DNA of 64,000 nucleotides from an uncultured Planctomycetia bacterium (GTDB lineage Bacteria; Omnitrophota; Gorgyraeia; Pluralincolimonadales; Pluralincolimonadaceae): NCBI GenBank assembly GCA_964650515.1, contig CAZYUB010000004.1, positions 69,541 to 133,540 of the forward strand, read 5' to 3'. Shown piece by piece: positions 18,322 to 28,106 of this stretch (position 1 is its first letter; each line of letters starts with the position of its first letter). The notes under the pieces were generated by a model. It saw only the letters and a program-made list of their open reading frames with translations, ran no database searches and was not told where the DNA came from. The position numbers and the translations under genes were made by a program.

Positions 18322-20220
18322 ATGAGCGAAAGATTGTTAGATACGATAAGCAGGTCCAGGGAATATATCCTCGGCAGGCAGGCCGCGGAAGGGTATTTCC
18401 ATTCCGTATTCCACATGGACCTCGGCCTGGAAGCCGATACCCTCATGATCCTGCGATTTCTCGGGATAAGGGACGATGCCCTTGAGGACAAGCTCGTGGC
18501 TTTTATGCTCGAGCGCAGGCTCGAGGACGGAGGATGGTCGATATACCCGGGCGGCCCGCCGGAATTGAATTCCACGATAAAATGCTATATCGCCCTGAAA
18601 TTGAAAGGATTCGAGGACCGCAACAGCGTAATGGCGAGGGACCGCCAGATAATTCTGAGCCTCGGAGGTATAGAGAAGGCCAACAGTTTCACGAAGTTCT
18701 ACCTCTCGATGTTCGGCCTCGGCAGCTGGGACGCCGTCCCGGCCATTCCGCCGGAGCTCATGCTGTTGCCCGACTGGTTCCCTGTGAATATTTATGATTT
18801 CAGCGCGTGGACGAGGACTATCGTCGTGCCGCTATCGATAATATGGTCGTTCAAGCCGGTCCGTAAGATGCAGGAGGGTTTTACCGCGGACGAGCTTTAT
18901 AAGGCAGGCAGGAGGATGACGGACTGCGGCATAAAGCCCGACAAGGGCATCAGCTGGAAGAACTTCTTCCTTCTCGCCGACGGCATCATGAAGATAGCGT
19001 ATAAATTATACCTGCGGCCGTTCAGGCGCGTCGCGGTAAAGAAGGCCGAGCGATGGATGGTCGAGAGGCTCGACAAGAGCGACGGCCTCTGCGCGATATA
19101 TCCGGCAATGGTCAATTCGGTAATGGCGCTGTCCTGCCTCGGGTACAAGAACGACCATCCGCTGATGAAAGCGAACATCGATGAGGTAATGAAGCTCCTT
19201 GTCGACCACGGCCACAAGCTGGAGATGCAGCCGTGCGTATCCCCGGTATGGGATACCGCCCTGGCAGTTTACGCGCTCGGGATATCGGGTTTCCCGAAGG
19301 ACGACGAGGCGATGAGGAGAGCGGCGCGCTGGTTATTGTCGAAACAGGTGAACGATGTCGGCGACTGGAAGAAGAAAGCGAAAGACGCGCAGCCCGGCGG
19401 ATGGTATTTTGAGTTCAGGAACGAGTTCTATCCCGATATAGACGACTCCGCGCAGGTCCTTCTCGGCCTCATGCAGGTCGATATGGGAGATGAAGAGGGC
19501 AGGAAGAAACAGGAATTCAGCCGCGGCCTCGATTGGATGCTGAAGATGCAGTCCTCCGACGGAGGATTCAGCTCCTACGACAAGGATAACAACAAGAAGT
19601 TCCTGAACAAGGTGCCGTTCTCGGACCATAACGCGATGCTCGATCCCACGTGCTCCGACATAACGGGGCGCACATGCGAATTGCTGGGGAGGTTGAAGTT
19701 CGACCCGAAGAAAGCGCCGTTGAAGAAAGCGATAAGGTTCCTTAAGAAAGACAGGATCCCCGACGGCACATGGTACGGCCGGTGGGGGGTCAACTACCTG
19801 TACGGCACGTTCCTCGCATGCCGCGGGCTTTCCTTTGCAGCCGCCGGGTCGTGCAGGAAAGAGCTGGATGAGGCCGCGAAATGGGTCCGCAGCGTGCAGA
19901 ACGACGACGGCGGATGGGGCGAGTCGCCGTTGACCTACGAAGATCCTTTCAGCAAGGGAAAGGGCCAGTCGTGCGCGTCGCAGACGGCGTGGGCGCTTCT
20001 TACGCTCTTTGCGTCGGGTGATTTTGAGGGAAATGCCGTGGAACGCGGCATAGAATACCTCGTCACGCACCAGGATGTGACGGGCAACTGGGAGGAGACG
20101 GATTTCACGGGAACCGGGTTCCCGAGAGTATGCTATCTCCGCTACGAGCTATATTCCGCGGTCTTCCCGCTTATCGCTCTCTCGGAATACGCCGCAGCTC
20201 GCGGAAAATTAAAGGTATAA
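18322..20220 (+). CDS. shc: Squalene-hopene cyclase
   Basis: The DIDDSAQ (DxDD) catalytic motif and multiple QW repeats (GGW, DGGFSSY, DGGWGES) are present, with a GTWYGRWGVNYLYGT segment. Length is 632 aa. Confidence 0.9.
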   Translation: MSERLLDTISRSREYILGRQAAEGYFHSVFHMDLGLEADTLMILRFLGIRDDALEDKLVAFMLERRLEDGGWSIYPGGPPELNSTIKCYIALKLKGFEDRNSVMARDRQIILSLGGIEKANSFTKFYLSMFGLGSWDAVPAIPPELMLLPDWFPVNIYDFSAWTRTIVVPLSIIWSFKPVRKMQEGFTADELYKAGRRMTDCGIKPDKGISWKNFFLLADGIMKIAYKLYLRPFRRVAVKKAERWMVERLDKSDGLCAIYPAMVNSVMALSCLGYKNDHPLMKANIDEVMKLLVDHGHKLEMQPCVSPVWDTALAVYALGISGFPKDDEAMRRAARWLLSKQVNDVGDWKKKAKDAQPGGWYFEFRNEFYPDIDDSAQVLLGLMQVDMGDEEGRKKQEFSRGLDWMLKMQSSDGGFSSYDKDNNKKFLNKVPFSDHNAMLDPTCSDITGRTCELLGRLKFDPKKAPLKKAIRFLKKDRIPDGTWYGRWGVNYLYGTFLACRGLSFAAAGSCRKELDEAAKWVRSVQNDDGGWGESPLTYEDPFSKGKGQSCASQTAWALLTLFASGDFEGNAVERGIEYLVTHQDVTGNWEETDFTGTGFPRVCYLRYELYSAVFPLIALSEYAAARGKLKV

Positions 20221-20226
20221 CATAAA

Positions 20227-21225
20227 ATGAGGTTCAAGCCGGGACTTACCGCGAAGATCACAAAGCATATAGTATCGAACAAAATAAAGGGCAACCGGCG
20301 CTTCGCGCTGGTATTGATGCTCGAGCCGACATTCATGTGCAACCTCGCGTGCGAGGGCTGCGGCAGGATAAGGGAGTATAAGGAAGGCCTGAACAGGATG
20401 ATGAGCGTCGACGAATGCATGAAGGCCGTCGACGAATGCGGCGCGCAGATCGTCTCGATCTGCGGGGGCGAGCCGCTCGTCTATCCCCATATCGAGGAAC
20501 TGATCGACAGGCTGACAAAGAAAGGCAAATACATATACCTTTGCACTAACGGCCTGCTGTTCAGGGACAAGATGCCGCGCCTGAAACCCAGCGAGAACCT
20601 TATGGTGAATTTCCACATCGACGGCCTCGAGAAGACCCATGACGCGATAACGGGTCTTAAGGGCGCCTATAATAAGGTCATAGAGGCGATAAAGGCCGCG
20701 AAGAAGAAAGGTTTCTTCGTCTGCACGAACACGACGATTTACAAACAGACGGACATCAACGAATTAAGGCAGTTGTTCAAGACGCTGCATGAATTGAAGG
20801 TGGACGGTTTCCTGATATCCCCCGCTTACGGCTACGTGCATGTCGGGGACGCGTTCTTCTTCAAGAAGAGCGAGCTCGCGGAGTATTTCAGGAAGCTCGA
20901 GCCCGAATTCAGGAAATATAATTTCCTCGGCTCCCCGCTATATATAGAGTTCGTGCAGGGCAAGCGCAAGATCGATTGCGCGCCGTGGTCGACGCCGACC
21001 TGCAACCCGTTCGGGTGGCGCTCGCCGTGCTACCAGCTTGCCGACAGGCATTTCGCGACGTATAAAGAGATGATAGAGAAGACCGACTGGAAAAAATACG
21101 GCCCGAAGAGCAGTAACCCGCGCTGCGCGGAATGCGCGGTGCATTGCGGGTTCGAGCCCGCCAGCGTGCTCGAGGGCAAGTCGTTCAGGGATATAATGAA
21201 GCTCATAGGATGGCAGTTCACCTAG
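20227..21225 (+). CDS. hpnH: Hopanoid-associated radical SAM protein HpnH-like (adenosylhopane synthase)
   Basis: LVLMLEPTFMCNLACEGCGRIREY is a CxxxCxxC radical SAM N-terminus of the HpnH type. Position immediately after shc. Confidence 0.7.
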   Translation: MRFKPGLTAKITKHIVSNKIKGNRRFALVLMLEPTFMCNLACEGCGRIREYKEGLNRMMSVDECMKAVDECGAQIVSICGGEPLVYPHIEELIDRLTKKGKYIYLCTNGLLFRDKMPRLKPSENLMVNFHIDGLEKTHDAITGLKGAYNKVIEAIKAAKKKGFFVCTNTTIYKQTDINELRQLFKTLHELKVDGFLISPAYGYVHVGDAFFFKKSELAEYFRKLEPEFRKYNFLGSPLYIEFVQGKRKIDCAPWSTPTCNPFGWRSPCYQLADRHFATYKEMIEKTDWKKYGPKSSNPRCAECAVHCGFEPASVLEGKSFRDIMKLIGWQFT

Positions 21226-21240
21226 GGCAAGGGGCACGCC

Positions 21241-21714
21241 ATGAAAGCTCAGGAACTAAAGGAAGGCCTGGAGAATCTCGGATATGACTTCTTTACCGGG
21301 GTCCCGTGTTCGCTCCTCGGCGGCATAATCAGGGAACTCGGGGACGGCTATATCCCTTCGGTAAGGGAAGATACCGCGTTGGGCCTCGCTGCCGGCGCGT
21401 ATCTCGGCGGGAAGAAACCATGCGTGCTGATGCAGAACTCCGGCATCGGGTATTCGCTGAACGTCCTTACCAGCCTGAACCTCATATATGATATCCCGGT
21501 GCTCCTTATAATCAGCTTCCGCGGGTTCGAGGGCAAGGATGCGCCCGAGCATATAGTAATGGGCAGGCATTGCGTTGAGCTCATGGAAGCCGTAGGCATA
21601 AGCTCGAGGGTCTGCGGCGGGCCCGATATCGGCGCCGCGCTGGCGGAAGCCGATGCGCTCGTCAAGGGCGGCAAGCCCTGCGCCATATTCATAAAAGAAG
21701 GGGCCGTCTCATGA
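21241..21714 (+). CDS. TPP-dependent 2-ketoacid decarboxylase, alpha subunit (sulfopyruvate/phosphonopyruvate decarboxylase ComD-like)
   Basis: 157-aa TPP pyrimidine-binding half (GVPCSLLGG...MQNSGIGYSLNVLTSL) translationally coupled (ATGA) to the beta subunit. Confidence 0.7.
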   Translation: MKAQELKEGLENLGYDFFTGVPCSLLGGIIRELGDGYIPSVREDTALGLAAGAYLGGKKPCVLMQNSGIGYSLNVLTSLNLIYDIPVLLIISFRGFEGKDAPEHIVMGRHCVELMEAVGISSRVCGGPDIGAALAEADALVKGGKPCAIFIKEGAVS

Positions 21715-22262
21715 TAATGCGCGACGCGATCGCCGGGCTGCTCTCCGCGGTAAAAGACGAATATGTGGTCTGCGCGAACGGTTTCATCTCGCGCGATTCC
21801 TTCAACGCGAAGGACAGGCCGCGGAATTTTTACATGCTCGGCTCGATGGGCCAGGCGTCATCGATAGGCCTCGGGCTTGCAGTCGCGGACCCGCGCAAAA
21901 AGGTAGTGGTGCTCGACGGCGACGGCAACCTGCTGATGAACCTCGGGATACTCGCGATGATAGCCAGGATTTCACCCGGGAACCTGATCCATATCGTGCT
22001 CGATAATGAATGTTACGATTCCACGGGCGGCCAGCCGACGATATCGTCCTCAACAGACCTTGCCGAGGCCGCGCGCGGATGCGGGATAAAGAACGTCATA
22101 AAGGCGGGCGGGACGGATGATATACAGGCGGCATTCAGGGAATGCCTCGCCAAAAAGGGCCCGGTTTTCCTGCTGATAAAGGTCGGCCGCGACCCTGCGG
22201 GGAAAGCCCCGCGCGTCGATATAGCGCCGACTCAGATAGCGGAGAGGTTCAAAAAAGCATGA
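21711..22262 (+). CDS. TPP-dependent 2-ketoacid decarboxylase, beta subunit (ComE-like)
   Basis: TPP diphosphate-binding motif GDGNLLMNLG...N and a typical split-decarboxylase beta fold. Confidence 0.7.
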   Translation: MIMRDAIAGLLSAVKDEYVVCANGFISRDSFNAKDRPRNFYMLGSMGQASSIGLGLAVADPRKKVVVLDGDGNLLMNLGILAMIARISPGNLIHIVLDNECYDSTGGQPTISSSTDLAEAARGCGIKNVIKAGGTDDIQAAFRECLAKKGPVFLLIKVGRDPAGKAPRVDIAPTQIAERFKKA

Positions 22263-23341
22263 AGAGATACGTACTGCTGAACCCGGGGCCGGTAAATATC
22301 AAGGAAAAGGTAAGGAAGGCGCTGCTCGCGCCGGACATCTGCCACCGTGAGCCCGAATTCTCCTCGCTGATGGCCGGCTGCGCAAAAAAGCTGCTCCGCG
22401 CGTTTTCAGCGGCATCGTCCTATGAGGCCGTCTTTATAACGGGCTCGGGCACGGCCGCGCTTGAGGCGGCCGTCGCGTCCTCCGTCCCCAGCGGCAAGAA
22501 GATCCTCGTCATTAATAACGGGATATACGGCGAGAGGATAGCCGTTATCGCGGGGCGCCACGGGATAAGCGCCGTAAACGTCAAGTCGGATATAACACGG
22601 ACGCCTGACCTGGAGGCCGTCGAGAAGAAGCTCCGCGGCGACAGGTCGATCGCGGTCGTCGCGATGGTCCACCACGAGACGTCCACAGGGATATTGAACC
22701 CGGTCAACGAAGCCGGAAAACTTTGCAAAAAATATAAAAAGCTGTATCTTTTGGATTCCATCAGCGCCATCGGCGGAGAAGACCTCGACTTTAAGAAATG
22801 CGGAGTCGATATCTGCGTAGGGACCGCAAATAAATGCATAGAGAGCATACCCGGCGTTTCGTTTGTGCTGCTGAGGAAGTCGGCGCTGCCGGCGCTCGGG
22901 AGGGTCGCGCCGAGGTCGCTTTATTTCGACATTCCGGCGAACCTGAAAGGACAGAAGGCGGGCGTTCCGCTCTTCACTCCCGCGGTGCAGGCCTTCCTCG
23001 CGCTCAATAGCGCGCTCGATGAGCTCATAAAGGAAGGCGTAGGCAACCGTATAGACAGATACCGAAAGCTTGCGGGCCGCCTCAGGAAAGCGTTCGAGGC
23101 CGCGGGGCTTGAGTGCCTTGTGGGCCCCGCCTACCGTTCTAATACGATAACGGCGCTGCGCCTGCCCGCCGGCTATACCTATGAGAAGCTCCACAGGGAA
23201 TTCAAGGCCAGGGGATTCGTCATATACGCCGGCCAATCCAAGCTCAGGAAGACGATATTCAGGATAGCGAACATGGGCCAGATATCGGGGCGCGATTCAC
23301 GCAAGCTCATAGCGGCGGTAAGGGGTATATTCAGGAAATGA
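22259..23341 (+). CDS. Class V aminotransferase (AEP-pyruvate / serine-pyruvate transaminase-like)
   Basis: MKRYVLLNPGPVNIKEKV... is the class V AT N-terminus, with a PLP-lysine region and 361 aa length. Start at Met 40 of ORF 22142, overlapping the upstream stop. Confidence 0.8.
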   Translation: MKRYVLLNPGPVNIKEKVRKALLAPDICHREPEFSSLMAGCAKKLLRAFSAASSYEAVFITGSGTAALEAAVASSVPSGKKILVINNGIYGERIAVIAGRHGISAVNVKSDITRTPDLEAVEKKLRGDRSIAVVAMVHHETSTGILNPVNEAGKLCKKYKKLYLLDSISAIGGEDLDFKKCGVDICVGTANKCIESIPGVSFVLLRKSALPALGRVAPRSLYFDIPANLKGQKAGVPLFTPAVQAFLALNSALDELIKEGVGNRIDRYRKLAGRLRKAFEAAGLECLVGPAYRSNTITALRLPAGYTYEKLHREFKARGFVIYAGQSKLRKTIFRIANMGQISGRDSRKLIAAVRGIFRK

Positions 23342-24054
23342 AAGCCGTGATACTCGCCGCTGGGATAGGCAACCGCCTGAAACCTTTAACGGATAAGATG
23401 CCGAAGTCGCTGATAGAGATCGGCGGCAGGACCGTGCTCGAGCGCATGCTCGACTCGCTCGTGGACCTCGGCATAACGGATGTGACGATCGTGGTCGGCC
23501 ACCTGAAGCATATGATAATGGACCTGGTCGGGAAGGACTACAGGACGGCCGGATGTAAATACATAAATAACCCGGATTACAAGCTCGGGAGCATCCTTTC
23601 GCTGTATGCGGCAAGGAACGAGTTCGCCGATGATGATGTCCTGCTTATGGACGCGGATGTCATATTCGAGGAGAAGGTGCTCGCGAAAGTGGCCGATTCG
23701 GGCAACGCAAACTGTTTCCTTGTCGACAAGGACTTTAAAGACACCGGAGAGGAGATGAAAGTCGCCTCCCTCGGGGGCAGGGTGGTCCAGATAGCGAGAA
23801 AGATAACCAGGGAGCACGACAGCGTCGGGGAAGGGGTCGGTTTCTGCAAGATATCATCGGCGCATTCAAGGGAGCTCATAAAATCCCTCGAAAAGAGGAT
23901 ATGCCTGAACCGCTTATGCGATTACGAGATGGCGCTCGATGATTTCTGCACGCGCGTAAGCGCGGGCTCGGAGGATGTGACGGGACTGAAATGGACGGAG
24001 ATAGATTTTCCTGAAGACGTAGAGAAAGCTCAGGCCATCTCGGGAGGTTTATGA
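23338..24054 (+). CDS. Nucleotidyltransferase (LicC/PntC-like cytidylyltransferase)
   Basis: MKAVILAAGIGNRLKPLTDKMPKSLIEIGG is the NTP-transferase signature. Length is 238 aa. Confidence 0.75.
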   Translation: MKAVILAAGIGNRLKPLTDKMPKSLIEIGGRTVLERMLDSLVDLGITDVTIVVGHLKHMIMDLVGKDYRTAGCKYINNPDYKLGSILSLYAARNEFADDDVLLMDADVIFEEKVLAKVADSGNANCFLVDKDFKDTGEEMKVASLGGRVVQIARKITREHDSVGEGVGFCKISSAHSRELIKSLEKRICLNRLCDYEMALDDFCTRVSAGSEDVTGLKWTEIDFPEDVEKAQAISGGL

Positions 24055-24698
24055 TGAAGAGCATCAACAGGGTCTTAAGCGAACCGCTTTCGGGCTTATT
24101 CGTGAAGTCGGGCCTGCACCCGAACTCGATCACCCTCATGAGCGGGGCGTCCGGGCTCATCGCTTTTTTGTTCTTCTGCATCGGCAGCAAGATGAGCTTC
24201 ATAATCGGCGCGCTCTTCTTCGAGCTGTTCTATGTGCTCGATAACTGCGACGGCGAGGTCGCGAGGGCGAAAGGCCTGTCGTCGAAGTTCGGAAGCTGGC
24301 TCGATACGATGGTAGATTACATAATCCATGTCATCGCGTTCGGCGGGATAATGCTCGGCGTATACAGGCAGAACGAGAACCCTGTGATATTTTTCGCGGG
24401 GATAGCCGCGATGATAGGGATATTCCTGTCGTTCTTCGTCGTCATCCTCCAGAAGACGAAGAATTACGGCCTCGCGGTACACGGCATGCCGAAAGCGCCG
24501 GGCGGCGCCGAGAAGCAGTTGAGCGTCTGGGACAAGGTCATCGATGTGCTGTCGGTCGGGGATTTCTCGCTCGTCTTGATAATATTCGCCGTCATAGGCA
24601 GGATGGAGATGCTGTTGTGGCTTGCCGCGGTCGGCGCGAACCTGTTCTGCGTCATACTGCTCGCGGTCAATTTCAAATACCTGACCGGCCGTGAATAG
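24051..24698 (+). CDS. CDP-alcohol phosphatidyltransferase family membrane protein
   Basis: DNCDGEVARAKGLSSKFGSWLDTMVD matches D-x2-DG-x2-AR...G-x3-D-x3-D. Multiple TM helices. Confidence 0.75.
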   Translation: MMKSINRVLSEPLSGLFVKSGLHPNSITLMSGASGLIAFLFFCIGSKMSFIIGALFFELFYVLDNCDGEVARAKGLSSKFGSWLDTMVDYIIHVIAFGGIMLGVYRQNENPVIFFAGIAAMIGIFLSFFVVILQKTKNYGLAVHGMPKAPGGAEKQLSVWDKVIDVLSVGDFSLVLIIFAVIGRMEMLLWLAAVGANLFCVILLAVNFKYLTGRE

Positions 24699-25661
24699 AT
24701 GAAGATACTGAAGAAAACGATACTGGCCCTCGCGGCCGCGCTCTTTGTATGGATAATCTTCAGGTCGGGCCCTGACCTTATCCTCGCGCAGCTCGTCTCG
24801 CTTAACTGGAAGATAGCCGTAGTTATAGCCGCATACCTCATAGTATATTACTTCGATACGATGGGATGGTGGTGGGCCTTCCGCAAGGAAGTAAAACTGC
24901 CGGCGCTCTGGCGTTTCTTCCTCGCGAGGCAGGCGGGTGAGGCGATAAATTACACCACGCCGACCGCGTATATCGGCGGCGAGCCGGTGAAGGCGCTGGT
25001 TTTGCGCAAGCGCGACGGCGTCGATATGGTAGACGGGCTCGCGAGCGTAGTGATAGCGAAGACATCGCTGTTCCTGAGCAAGGTCGTCTTCCTGCTGGCG
25101 GGCATACTGGTCGCGTTGAAGATATTCAGGTTCAGCGGTATAGTGGCGACCGGGATACTCTGGACCTTCGCGGGGGTCTTCGGCCTGCTGGTCCTTTTCC
25201 TGTTCCTGCAGAAGAAGGGCTTATTCATGCTCGGGCTCAAGATGGCGCGCAAATTCAGGTTTAACGAGCCCTTCGAAGGGAAGAGGACGAGCCTCGAAGA
25301 GATCGACAGGGTGATCAGCGAATTTTACGCTAAACAGAGGCGCAGGTTCTTCCTCTCGTTCCTGTTCCATCTTGCCGGATGGTTTGCCGGGCTTATTGAG
25401 GTATACATTATTCTGCATTTCCTCGGCGTGCAGGTGGACTGGGCCAGGGCGCTCGTGATAGAGGTCTTCTTCAAGGCGGCGAACTCCGCGTTCTTCTTCG
25501 TGCCGGCGGCTCTCGGAGTGCAGGAAGGCGCGGGATACGCGGTTCTCGCCGCGCTCGGAATAGGCGGAGAGGTCGGCGTAGCGCTCAGCATAGTCAAAAG
25601 GATACGCGAGATCGCGTGGGCGGGTTTCGGGCTCGCCGTATACTGGAAGACACCCAAATGA
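24699..25661 (+). CDS. Flippase-like (UPF0104 / lysylphosphatidylglycerol-synthase-TM-type) membrane protein
   Basis: Eight predicted TM helices, with the W-rich DTMGWWWAFRKE segment typical of TIGR00374-like proteins. Confidence 0.55.
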   Translation: MKILKKTILALAAALFVWIIFRSGPDLILAQLVSLNWKIAVVIAAYLIVYYFDTMGWWWAFRKEVKLPALWRFFLARQAGEAINYTTPTAYIGGEPVKALVLRKRDGVDMVDGLASVVIAKTSLFLSKVVFLLAGILVALKIFRFSGIVATGILWTFAGVFGLLVLFLFLQKKGLFMLGLKMARKFRFNEPFEGKRTSLEEIDRVISEFYAKQRRRFFLSFLFHLAGWFAGLIEVYIILHFLGVQVDWARALVIEVFFKAANSAFFFVPAALGVQEGAGYAVLAALGIGGEVGVALSIVKRIREIAWAGFGLAVYWKTPK

Positions 25662-26686
25662 TATTGGTCACAGGGGCTAACGGGTTCATAGGCTCGAGGG
25701 TCGTCCGCCAGCTGCTCGGGCAGGGCGAAAGGGTGAGGTGTTTTGTCCGCAGGGAGACGAACCTTATCAACCTCGAGGAGGGTGGGGCCAGGTATGAGGT
25801 CGAGATGGCCTACGGCGATATACGCGACTACGGTTCTGTAAGGAAGGCCGTGGAAGGGGCGAGGGCCGTATACCATATAGCGGCCTACGCGCACCTGTGG
25901 TATCCCGACGTGAAAGCGGTCTATGATATCAATTGGAAGGGATCGAGGAACGTCTTCCAGGCCTGCCTCGAAGAAGGCGTGGAAAAAGTCGTATATACCA
26001 ACACCGCGGCGATAATGAAGGGCGGCACAAAGAGCGATCCCGGCAACGAGGATACTAGCGTCCGGATGACGCTCGCAGAGATGCCGGGCCATTATACGCG
26101 GTCGAAGTTCCTCGCGTTCGGTGAGGCGCTGAACTATTCAAGGAACGGGCTGCCCGTCACGATAGTCAGCCCCACTACGCCGGTCGGAAGCGGCGATTAC
26201 AAGCCCACGCCGCCGGGCAAGATGATAATCGACTACCTTAACGGAAGACTGCCGGCTTATATAGCGACGGTGCTGAATTATATAGACGCGGATGACGCCG
26301 CGGCGGGCCACCTCGCCGCGGAGAAGACGGGCAGGATAGGGGAGCGCTATATACTCGGAGCGCATAACCTCACGCTCGATGAATTGTTCGCTATGCTCGA
26401 GAAGATAACGGGTATAGCGGCCCCGAAGATAAAACTGCCGGCGGCGCCGCTTTTGCCGATCGGGTTCGTATGCGGCATGGTGTCGCAGAAGATCACTCAC
26501 AGGGAACCGCCGGTGCCTTGGGAAGGCCTGAGGCTGGCCGCAAGGCCGTTCGCCTTCGACTCATCCAAAGCGGTAAGGGAGCTCGGCCTGCCGCAGGGCG
26601 ATATCGAGGCCGCCTTACGGAAGGCGGTCGAATGGTTCCGTTCGCACGGGTATATTTCTAACGCCAAGACCGGAGGCAACAGATGA
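25658..26686 (+). CDS. hpnA: NAD-dependent epimerase/dehydratase, HpnA-like
   Basis: MILVTGANGFIGSRVV Rossmann motif and an extended SDR with YxxxK. Genomic context is a hopanoid locus. Confidence 0.65.
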   Translation: MILVTGANGFIGSRVVRQLLGQGERVRCFVRRETNLINLEEGGARYEVEMAYGDIRDYGSVRKAVEGARAVYHIAAYAHLWYPDVKAVYDINWKGSRNVFQACLEEGVEKVVYTNTAAIMKGGTKSDPGNEDTSVRMTLAEMPGHYTRSKFLAFGEALNYSRNGLPVTIVSPTTPVGSGDYKPTPPGKMIIDYLNGRLPAYIATVLNYIDADDAAAGHLAAEKTGRIGERYILGAHNLTLDELFAMLEKITGIAAPKIKLPAAPLLPIGFVCGMVSQKITHREPPVPWEGLRLAARPFAFDSSKAVRELGLPQGDIEAALRKAVEWFRSHGYISNAKTGGNR

Positions 26687-27522
26687 AAATATTGACCCCG
26701 AAGAAGATAGGGTGCTGTTTCGGAGTGAACCGCGCCGTAAAACTTACCGAGGAGGCGCTTTCAAGGAAAGTGCCGGCTTACATAAACGGCGAGCTGGTGC
26801 ATAACGACACGATAACGAGGAAACTGTCGGAGAAGGGCCTGACCGAGATAAAGAGCATAGATGAGGTCAAGGGCGGCACGCTGATAATAAGGGCGCACGG
26901 CATATCCCCCGAGGAAAGGGCAAAAGTCGACGAGAAGAAGGTGGAGATAGTGGATGCCACGTGCCCGATCGTCAGGCAGGCGCAGGTCTCCGCGAAGAAG
27001 CTCGAGGAAGAGGGCTACCAGGTCATGATCGTCGGCGACAAAGCGCATGCCGAGATCAAGGGCATATTGGGCCACCTCAAGAACGAGGCGCTCGTGGTGT
27101 CAAACCATAAAGAAGTGGACCCGGCAAAGCTCAAGAACAAGGTCGGCCTCATATTCCAGACGACGCACTCGATAGAGCTCTGCAGGGAGGTCGTGGCTGA
27201 GGTCATGAAAGTCGCACACGAGATAAAGATAATAAATACGATATGCGCGGACATCAGGAAGAGGCAGGAGGATGCCGTTAAGCTCGCCCAAAAGGCGGGG
27301 CTCATGATAGTCGTAGGCAGCCACCACAGCTCAAACACGATAAAACTCAAGAAACTGTGCATGAAGTATAACGATAATACGATGCAGATAGAACGCGCGA
27401 AAGACCTCGACCCGAAGAAGTTAAAGGGGATCAGGTCTGTCGGGATAATCGGGGGCGCCTCGACGCCGGATATACTTATAGAGGAAGTCAAGAAGAGGCT
27501 CAGGAGCATAAACAGGAAATGA
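26683..27522 (+). CDS. ispH: 4-hydroxy-3-methylbut-2-enyl diphosphate reductase (IspH/LytB)
   Basis: GCCFGVNRAV, the conserved Cys (DATCPIV), and VVGSHHSSNT are present. Confidence 0.85.
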   Translation: MKILTPKKIGCCFGVNRAVKLTEEALSRKVPAYINGELVHNDTITRKLSEKGLTEIKSIDEVKGGTLIIRAHGISPEERAKVDEKKVEIVDATCPIVRQAQVSAKKLEEEGYQVMIVGDKAHAEIKGILGHLKNEALVVSNHKEVDPAKLKNKVGLIFQTTHSIELCREVVAEVMKVAHEIKIINTICADIRKRQEDAVKLAQKAGLMIVVGSHHSSNTIKLKKLCMKYNDNTMQIERAKDLDPKKLKGIRSVGIIGGASTPDILIEEVKKRLRSINRK

Positions 27523-28106
27523 GCGTTAAGGCAGCCGTCATATTCGCGCTTTACTGGGAATTGCGGCCGTTCGCGAAGAGGCTTAACATAGGTTTTTTCG
27601 GGTCCCTGTCGCCTGTGGTATATTCAGAGGAGGAGGGTATTGTGATCGCCCGCAGCGGCATGGGCGCCGAAAGGTCCGAAAAGATGGCGGAGCGCGTGAT
27701 CGAGGAGTATAAGCCGGACCTCGTAATATCGGCCGGTTTCTGCGGAGCGCTCGTCGACGAGCTTAAGATAGGCGACATGATTGTCTCGGACCTGAAGGAC
27801 CGTAAATTGTTCTGCTCGCCGAAACCGCTCTTCACCTGCGAGGAGAAGACGGCGGCATTCCATAAGGAAGGCGCCATAGTCGTCGATATGGAATCCTCGG
27901 GCGTGGCCGCAGCGGCCGCGAAGGCGGGGATCAGGTACCTCGCGGTAAAGGCGGTGAGCGACACGCTGTTGGAAGAACTTCCGCGCTCGCTTCTCGGGTT
28001 CCTCTCCGTGCCTAGGCTGCTGCGTTTCAGGGACGCTTCGAGAAAAGCGTCGAAGAACCTTTCGGAATTCCTGCTCGAGTACATTAAAAAAGGAGAGAAC
28101 AGATGA
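27519..28106 (+). CDS. hpnG: PNP_UDP_1 (MTA/SAH nucleosidase-like) phosphorylase, HpnG-like
   Basis: DMESSGVAAAAAKAGIRYLAVKAVSD is the C-terminal nucleosidase motif. Sits in the hopanoid locus between ispH and the rpe-like gene. Confidence 0.6.
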   Translation: MSVKAAVIFALYWELRPFAKRLNIGFFGSLSPVVYSEEEGIVIARSGMGAERSEKMAERVIEEYKPDLVISAGFCGALVDELKIGDMIVSDLKDRKLFCSPKPLFTCEEKTAAFHKEGAIVVDMESSGVAAAAAKAGIRYLAVKAVSDTLLEELPRSLLGFLSVPRLLRFRDASRKASKNLSEFLLEYIKKGENR

